A DNA stretch of 64,000 bases, taken from NCBI GenBank assembly GCA_016931915.1, contig JAFGDU010000097.1:934-64933 (forward strand), read 5' to 3'. The first letter of the stretch is position 1, and each line of letters begins with the position of its first letter. The notes under the pieces are model-generated. The model saw only the letters and a program-made list of their open reading frames with translations. It was not told where the DNA came from and made no database searches. Of the stretch, positions 58,717-64,000 are shown one piece after another. Both the position numbers and the translations under genes were made by a program. The DNA is from Actinomycetota bacterium. GTDB lineage: Bacteria; Actinomycetota; Geothermincolia; Geothermincolales; RBG-13-55-18.

Positions 58717-60654
58717 TTACCCCAGAGGGGCCGTGAAATAGAACGTGGCTCCCTTTTCCGGTTCGGACTCGACCCATATCCTTCCGCCCCACCCTTCAAC
58801 CGCCCTCTTGACGGTAGAGAGGCCTATGCCCAGGCCGGGTGATGTGGAGGTAACGAAACGCTTGAAGGGCTGAAAGATCTCTTCCTTCAGCGCGGGATCG
58901 AGTCCAGGGCCGTTGTCGCGGACGAGGAAGGTAGCGGTGCCATGATCAGCCTGAGAGCCGATCTCGATACGTGGGCGTGCGGTATGGACCAGATATTTGA
59001 CCGCGTTATCGATGAGATTGGTGAAGACCTGGCGCAGCTTGAACCGGTCCACCTCCAGGGTGGGGAACTCCTCGCCGAGGATGATGTCGATGCCGGCCTT
59101 CTCGATCTCGACCGAGTGCTCGAAAAGGATATCGCTGATGATATCCAGAGGCTCGACCGGGCCGACCGTCCCCTCCGCCTGGCCCGCCTGCGCGTATTCC
59201 AGCAGGGACTCCGTCATCTCGTCCAGGCGCCTCGCGGCGGTGATGATGCTCTTGAGGTAGGCCTCGTTTTCCTCCTGCGTGTTGCCTTCCGCCCGCATCA
59301 GCTGTGCGTATCCCTCGATAAGGGAGAGGGGGGTGCGCAGATCGTGGGAGACGGTGGTCGCGAAGGAGTCGAGTTCACGGTTGCTTATCAGCAGCATCTC
59401 CTCGATGACCTTGCGCTCGGTTATATCGCGGGAGTTTACGACGATGCCCTGTACAAAGGGATCATGCAGCAGGTTGGTCGAGATCGCCTCGTGCCAGTGA
59501 TAGAGGCCGTCCTTGTGCTGGAAGCGCCTCTCGCCAGTGATGATCATACCCGGATTCGCCAATAGGACGTCATAGTCTTGTTGCGCCGAATCCCTGTCAT
59601 CGGGATGCAGAAAATCGAGGATGCGCTTGCCGTAGGCGTCCTGCGGGCCGTAGCCGGTGATGCGGGCGGCGGAGGGGCTGCCCCAACGGAAGGCGAGGTT
59701 CTCGTCGAGGACGGTGACCATGTCCGCAGCGTTGCGGATAAGGGACCTGTAATAGCGTTCGCGCGCGGCGATGGTCTCCTGTACCTTTTTTTTCTCCGTG
59801 ATATCCCGCATGGTGCTGATCACGCCCTTGATGACCGGGTCGTCCGGGAGGTTGTTGGCCCGGGTCTCGATGGTACGTTCCGAGCCGTCCGCGCGTAGCA
59901 TCCTGAACTCGATGGTTTCCGACAGGCCGGGTTTGCGCAGCGAATCGGCTACGAAATCCATGACTCTTTGCACGTCATCGGGGTGCAGGGCTTCCGTGAA
60001 GTACTCTTTTGGGTCGTGGCCGATATATTCGCCCGGTTCGTATCCGAGCACGCTCGTGAAGGAAGAGCTGATGAAGGTCAACTTGCCCTCACGGTCGAGG
60101 ATGAGTATGACGTCGGTGATATTCTCGATCAGGGTGCGCATATATCTCTCACTCTGCGACAAGGCCTGCTCGATAACCTTTCGGTCGCTGATATCGCGAG
60201 CGGTCAACACCATGCCGGACACCACGGGGTTGTCCGCGAGGTTTATGCCTTGCGCTTCCATGCTGTGCCAGGAGCCGTCAGCGTGGCGGTAACGGAAGTC
60301 GAGATTGATGACACGACCGGGCGTCTGCAGTCCGGCGAAGAACTCCTGCGATACATTCTCGACGTCGTCGGGGTGGATAAGGTCGAATCCGTTTATCCCC
60401 AGTAATTCCTCGATGCGGTAACCGGTGGATCTCCCCAGGGAAGGGCTCGCATAAGCAACCGTTCCATCCGCTCTTACTATGACCAGGATATCGTGGGAGT
60501 TCTCGAGGACCACGCTCAGAGCCTCCGCGCCCTGCTCCAGGGATTTTCTCACCCTCTGCAGTTCCCTGTCGGAGCGTTCGAGTTCGTGGATGCGCTGGCG
60601 GAGCCCGTACAGCTCCGCTTCCAGCTCCGCCCTCGTCTTCGCCTCACCGCTCAT
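58717..60654 (-). CDS. Cytoplasmic sensor histidine kinase (3 PAS + HisKA + HATPase)
   Basis: 'IHPDD' PAS cores; 'VSHDLRTPL'; 'NLIDNAVKY'; 'DNGPG'; 'GLGIGL'. Confidence 0.93.
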   Translation of the reverse strand: MSGEAKTRAELEAELYGLRQRIHELERSDRELQRVRKSLEQGAEALSVVLENSHDILVIVRADGTVAYASPSLGRSTGYRIEELLGINGFDLIHPDDVENVSQEFFAGLQTPGRVINLDFRYRHADGSWHSMEAQGINLADNPVVSGMVLTARDISDRKVIEQALSQSERYMRTLIENITDVILILDREGKLTFISSSFTSVLGYEPGEYIGHDPKEYFTEALHPDDVQRVMDFVADSLRKPGLSETIEFRMLRADGSERTIETRANNLPDDPVIKGVISTMRDITEKKKVQETIAARERYYRSLIRNAADMVTVLDENLAFRWGSPSAARITGYGPQDAYGKRILDFLHPDDRDSAQQDYDVLLANPGMIITGERRFQHKDGLYHWHEAISTNLLHDPFVQGIVVNSRDITERKVIEEMLLISNRELDSFATTVSHDLRTPLSLIEGYAQLMRAEGNTQEENEAYLKSIITAARRLDEMTESLLEYAQAGQAEGTVGPVEPLDIISDILFEHSVEIEKAGIDIILGEEFPTLEVDRFKLRQVFTNLIDNAVKYLVHTARPRIEIGSQADHGTATFLVRDNGPGLDPALKEEIFQPFKRFVTSTSPGLGIGLSTVKRAVEGWGGRIWVESEPEKGATFYFTAPLG

Positions 60655-60798
60655 CCAAAGCCCTCCAGCACAGGTCATAAACCGCATCAACACTGGTATC
60701 CATCGGCTCTTATATGATGATTCCTATATTTTATATCAATCCCTTCAATTAATGCGTATGACCGACTTTGCACCTGGCAGCATGCAAAGTCGGTTTCC

Positions 60799-60837
60799 TT
60801 GAAAACCTCGTGCGAGGGGGGTTATAATCCCCTCGCA
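60799..60837 (+). promoter_or_regulatory. Promoter with -10 box inside an inverted repeat
   Basis: TTGAAA (60799-60804), 18 nt, TATAAT (60823-60828); arms TGCGAGGGG (60811-60819) / CCCCTCGCA (60829-60837). Confidence 0.6.
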
Positions 60838-60857
60838 TGCAGGAAGAGCCGATGCAG

Positions 60858-60952
60858 CTCTCCGAGCCCGGCTGCCTAAAGCGAAGGCCAGGGCGGCGGG
60901 CCGACAGGGTGCGGATGGAAACGACCGCGCCTCCCGTGTTCGGAAAGGAGAG
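60858..60952 (+). ncRNA. Moco/Wco (molybdenum/tungsten cofactor) riboswitch-like RNA 1
   Basis: CTCCGAGC...CCTAA...AGGGT...GGAAAC...GCCTCCCGTGTTCGGAAAGGAG fits the Moco RNA motif (RF01055) as recalled; the P1 3' strand contains the RBS. Confidence 0.85.
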
Positions 60953-60954
60953 GG

Positions 60955-61776
60955 ATGAGTGGAAATGCAAGCCCGTCCTCTCAGGACGGGCTTTTTTCAA
61001 GCCGAGGGGGTCCCAGGATCATCACCGTATCCGGGGCGAACAAGGATATCGGCAAGAGTTCCCTGGCAGCATACCTCGCAGGCCACTGCCGCAGCTGCGC
61101 CGGCATCAAGGTGACGGTACATGCCGAACGCCCGTCCGGAGAGGCCGCTATCGAGGAAGAGAATCCTCCCGCCATTCCGGGAACGGATACGGCGAGGATG
61201 GTGGAGGCGGGAGCTTCGCCCGTATTCTGGTTACGCACTACCCTGGAGGACATGAACGATGACCTCCAGGAGGTCTGGCCGCGGATATATGCAGAGGTGG
61301 TCATCCTGGAGGGTAATAGCATACTCCAACACGTCGAGCCCGATTTCGCGGTCTTCATAATGAACCCTACCATCGATGATTTCAAACCATCCGCTTTCGG
61401 TGCGATCGAGAAGGCGCACACCGTCGTGGTAAACGGCGATGATAACCTGTCGGGAGCGGATATTCTGGAACTCGAGCGCAGAGTCAGGCAGTTGAATCCC
61501 CTGTCCAAGATGGTGGTGGTCTCGGAGTTGGGCCGGGCCGCCGCCTGGGAGATAATACTGTCCCGAGCGGCGGGAAGATTGGGAGGTGAACTGATGACCG
61601 ATGAGGTTGACGAGAAGATCCTGGAGGCGGTGAAAGCAAGGGCAGTCGAGGGGCGCCTTTACTGCGCCGTGGCTTTGAAGCTGGCCGAGGAACTGAAGGT
61701 CTCGCCCAAGGAGATCGGCAAAGCCGCAAATGTCCTGGATATAAAGATAGCAAAGTGTTCACTGGGTTGCTTTTAA
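60955..61776 (+). CDS. MobB-like P-loop protein fused to a small Cys-containing helical domain
   Basis: 'IITVSGANKDIGKSSL', 'GIKVT', 'DTARMVEAGA', 'VILEGNS'; C-terminus 'RLYCAVA...IGKAAN.LDIKI.KCSLGCF'. Confidence 0.75.
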   Translation: MSGNASPSSQDGLFSSRGGPRIITVSGANKDIGKSSLAAYLAGHCRSCAGIKVTVHAERPSGEAAIEEENPPAIPGTDTARMVEAGASPVFWLRTTLEDMNDDLQEVWPRIYAEVVILEGNSILQHVEPDFAVFIMNPTIDDFKPSAFGAIEKAHTVVVNGDDNLSGADILELERRVRQLNPLSKMVVVSELGRAAAWEIILSRAAGRLGGELMTDEVDEKILEAVKARAVEGRLYCAVALKLAEELKVSPKEIGKAANVLDIKIAKCSLGCF

Positions 61777-61924
61777 GGGACGCGAACATGCGTTATATGA
61801 GTGGTCAGATGGGTAGAATAGGCTGTAGCCGATGGCACGAGGGGGAGCATGCCCTCTCTAATCTGCTTGCAGCGGCAGCTATACCCAGGTGACGTTGTGC
61901 CCATTGAAAACCGAGTATTGGAGA

Positions 61925-62024
61925 TTACCTCCGAGCTCCGTTCCTAAAGTCGAAAGACTATGGATATGAGCCGATAGGGTGCGAAGGGAAACCCTTGCGC
62001 CTCCCGTGTTTGGAAAGGAGGTGG
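61925..62024 (+). ncRNA. Moco/Wco riboswitch-like RNA 2
   Basis: CCTCCGAGC...CCTAAAG...CTATGG...AGGGT...GGAAAC...GCCTCCCGTGTTTGGAAAGGAGG, upstream of tupA. Confidence 0.88.
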
Positions 62025-62040
62025 CAGTTCGAGCCATGAT

Positions 62041-62060
62041 GTCCGCCTCCGGGCGGACTT
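62041..62060 (+). terminator. GC-rich hairpin downstream of riboswitch 2 (possible expression platform)
   Basis: GTCCGCC-TCCG-GGCGGAC followed only by TT, so a weak U-tract. Confidence 0.35.
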
Positions 62061-62171
62061 CGTCATCTACGGGTACAGCCGTCTCTTACTAGCTGTGTCA
62101 GGAGGGCGGAATGTCTCTGCATCGGACGAGGATAGGTAGGGATAGAACATATGAAAGGAGATGAGTCGGGA

Positions 62172-63014
62172 ATGAAGAGATGGATGATATTTCTAGTGGG
62201 TCTGGCAATGGTACTGGCACTGGTCGTTATGGGGATCGGGTGCGGGGAGGAGGAGGCACAACCCGTTGAGAGGACCGACCTAAGACTGGCCACTACGACC
62301 AGCACCCAGGACTCCGGGTTGCTTGACGAATGGGTGCCCATGTTCGAGGACGAATATCCTTATACCGTCGAGGTCATAGCGGTGGGCAGCGGTGCCGCGA
62401 TGGAGATGGGGCGCAACGGCGAGTGCGATGTGATGCTCGTGCACAGCCCCGCCGCTGAGGAGGAGATGGTGGAAGAGGGCTACGCCGTCAACCGCAAGGC
62501 GGTAATGCATAACGACTTCATTATCGTCGGACCCGCTTCCGACCCCGCGGGAATAGCGGAAGCGGATTCCGCGGCCGACGCTTTCACCATGGTAGCGGAA
62601 TCGCAGTCCACCTTCATCTCCCGGGGGGATGAATCCGGGACTCACACCAAGGAGTTGAAGATCTGGGACGAGGCGGGAATCACGCCCGAGGGCGAGTGGT
62701 ACGTGGAGAGCGGTAAGGGCATGGGCGATACCCTGCGTATCGCATCCGAGGAGATGGCCTACACCCTGACCGACCGCGCCACCTATCTCAACCTCAAGGA
62801 TGATCTGGAACTCGATATCCTCTTCGAGGGCGACGACATCCTCAACAACTATTACCACGTGATGGAGGTCAACCCCGATAAATGGCCGGATGTGAACAAC
62901 GATGGAGCCAAGGCCTTCTCGGATTTCGTTACGTCGACCGAGGCCCAGGAATTCCTCGACGAGTTCGGGGTGGCCGAGTTCGGGCAGCCGCTGTTCTACC
63001 CCGACGCTCTCTAG
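62172..63014 (+). CDS. tupA: Tungstate ABC transporter substrate-binding lipoprotein
   Basis: Lipobox GIGC; 'LRLATTTSTQDSGLL', 'MHNDF', 'SRGDESGTH'. Confidence 0.95.
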   Translation: MKRWMIFLVGLAMVLALVVMGIGCGEEEAQPVERTDLRLATTTSTQDSGLLDEWVPMFEDEYPYTVEVIAVGSGAAMEMGRNGECDVMLVHSPAAEEEMVEEGYAVNRKAVMHNDFIIVGPASDPAGIAEADSAADAFTMVAESQSTFISRGDESGTHTKELKIWDEAGITPEGEWYVESGKGMGDTLRIASEEMAYTLTDRATYLNLKDDLELDILFEGDDILNNYYHVMEVNPDKWPDVNNDGAKAFSDFVTSTEAQEFLDEFGVAEFGQPLFYPDAL

Positions 63015-63063
63015 CTCTCGGCACTGACGGCTTCTCGATGTAATAGAATATCTACTGTACGAG

Positions 63064-63084
63064 GCCCCGGCATCGGGCCGGGGC
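63064..63084 (+). other. Intergenic hairpin between tupA and tupB
   Basis: GCCCCGGC-ATCGG-GCCGGGGC without a U-tract; probably mRNA-stabilising. Confidence 0.45.
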
Positions 63085-63127
63085 TCCACATTGGAAGTCG
63101 CTCTTTACGCTGGAGGTGATGGCGGCC

Positions 63128-63895
63128 ATGGGTGAGATATGGGAAGGTTTTGTCGAGGCCATAAAACTCATCTTCAGCTTCGATCCCTACGTCATGCAGA
63201 TCACGCTTTTCACCCTGTACGTCTGCGCCATCGCCACCGCCATAGGTATGTGCTTGGGCATCCCCCTGGGATCGGCGCTGGCGCTCTATCGCTTCCGGGG
63301 CAGGAAGATGACGGTCACCCTGGTGAACGCCGGAATGGGGCTTCCGCCGGTGGTGGTGGGCCTTTTCGTCTACCTCTTTCTGAAGAGGAGGGGCCCCCTG
63401 GGCTTCCTGGACTGGCTGTATACACCCTGGGCAATCATCCTGGCCGAGATCATCCTCGCCACTCCCCTCATAGCCGGTATCACCCTGGCAGCCCTTCAAA
63501 ACGAGAACCCCAAGATCCGCCTGCAGGCCAAGTCCCTGGGGGCCAGCGAGACCAGGTCTGTGCTGACGCTCCTGCGCGAGACCAGGCTATCGCTGATGGC
63601 GGCGGTGATAGCGGGTTTCGGCGGCATCATCTCCGAGGTTGGTGCGGCGATGATGGTTGGGGGGAACCTGCTGCGCAACGGGGAGCCGTATACGCGCACC
63701 CTTACCACGGCGACCGTGCTCGAGGTGAGCAAGGGCAACTCCACGCTGGCCATCGCCCTGGGCATAATCCTGCTCTCCATCACCGTCCTCCTGGTCTGGA
63801 TCATGACCTCCATCCAGCAGGGCAGCCTGTTCAGCGAGCCGGTAAGGGTGGCCAAAAGCCTCTTCTCGCGTTTCCGGAGGGAGACCCCATCGTGA
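63128..63895 (+). CDS. tupB: Tungstate ABC transporter permease
   Basis: 'MGLPPVVVGL', 'GPLG', 'ISEVGAAMMVGGN', 'TRTLTTA'. Confidence 0.93.
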   Translation: MGEIWEGFVEAIKLIFSFDPYVMQITLFTLYVCAIATAIGMCLGIPLGSALALYRFRGRKMTVTLVNAGMGLPPVVVGLFVYLFLKRRGPLGFLDWLYTPWAIILAEIILATPLIAGITLAALQNENPKIRLQAKSLGASETRSVLTLLRETRLSLMAAVIAGFGGIISEVGAAMMVGGNLLRNGEPYTRTLTTATVLEVSKGNSTLAIALGIILLSITVLLVWIMTSIQQGSLFSEPVRVAKSLFSRFRRETPS

Positions 63896-64000
63896 CCGAC
63901 TTCCTCTCCATCGCAGGGCTGAAGCATTACTACGGCGACCACAAGGTCCTGGACGTGGATGGCCTGGAGGTTGAGGAGGGAGAGATCATGGCCGTGGTGG
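63892..64000 (+). CDS. tupC: Tungstate ABC transporter ATPase, 5' fragment (truncated by window)
   Basis: GTGA overlap with tupB; translates MTDFLSIAGLKHYYGDHKVLDVDGLEVEEGEIMAVV, leading into a Walker A. Confidence 0.8.
   Translation, partial: MTDFLSIAGLKHYYGDHKVLDVDGLEVEEGEIMAVV

Overview
A gene-dense, GC-rich chromosomal window from a probably anaerobic bacterium. The tandem 'W-Y-F-A-E-G-Y-T-G' surface-protein repeats, tungstate transporter and glycyl radical enzyme suggest an uncultured Actinomycetota lineage such as Geothermincolia (inference). It holds about 55 CDS. These include galK/galT/sfsA, xth, three PAS histidine kinases, a NarL/UvrY-type regulator plus a SigB/F-type sigma factor, an orphan glycyl radical enzyme, and tupABC with two Moco/Wco riboswitch-like RNAs. 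A ~15 kb TetR-associated lipid catabolic cluster encodes an acyl-CoA dehydrogenase, an Ltp3/Ltp4-like aldolase pair with DUF35 partners, a crotonase, a CrtI-FNR-ferredoxin fusion, a BKACE enzyme and two more CrtI-like enzymes. No rRNA, tRNA, CRISPR array, transposase or phage gene was recognised. The best novelty candidates are: a PadR operon whose membrane sensor carries a degenerate PadR copy, under a perfect 17-bp palindrome; the CrtI-FNR-2Fe2S fusion cluster; a modular structured intergenic repeat family with compensatory base changes; output-less HAMP receptors; and a riboswitch-controlled MobB-like fusion with an internal start. All product calls come from motif recognition by eye, not database searches.
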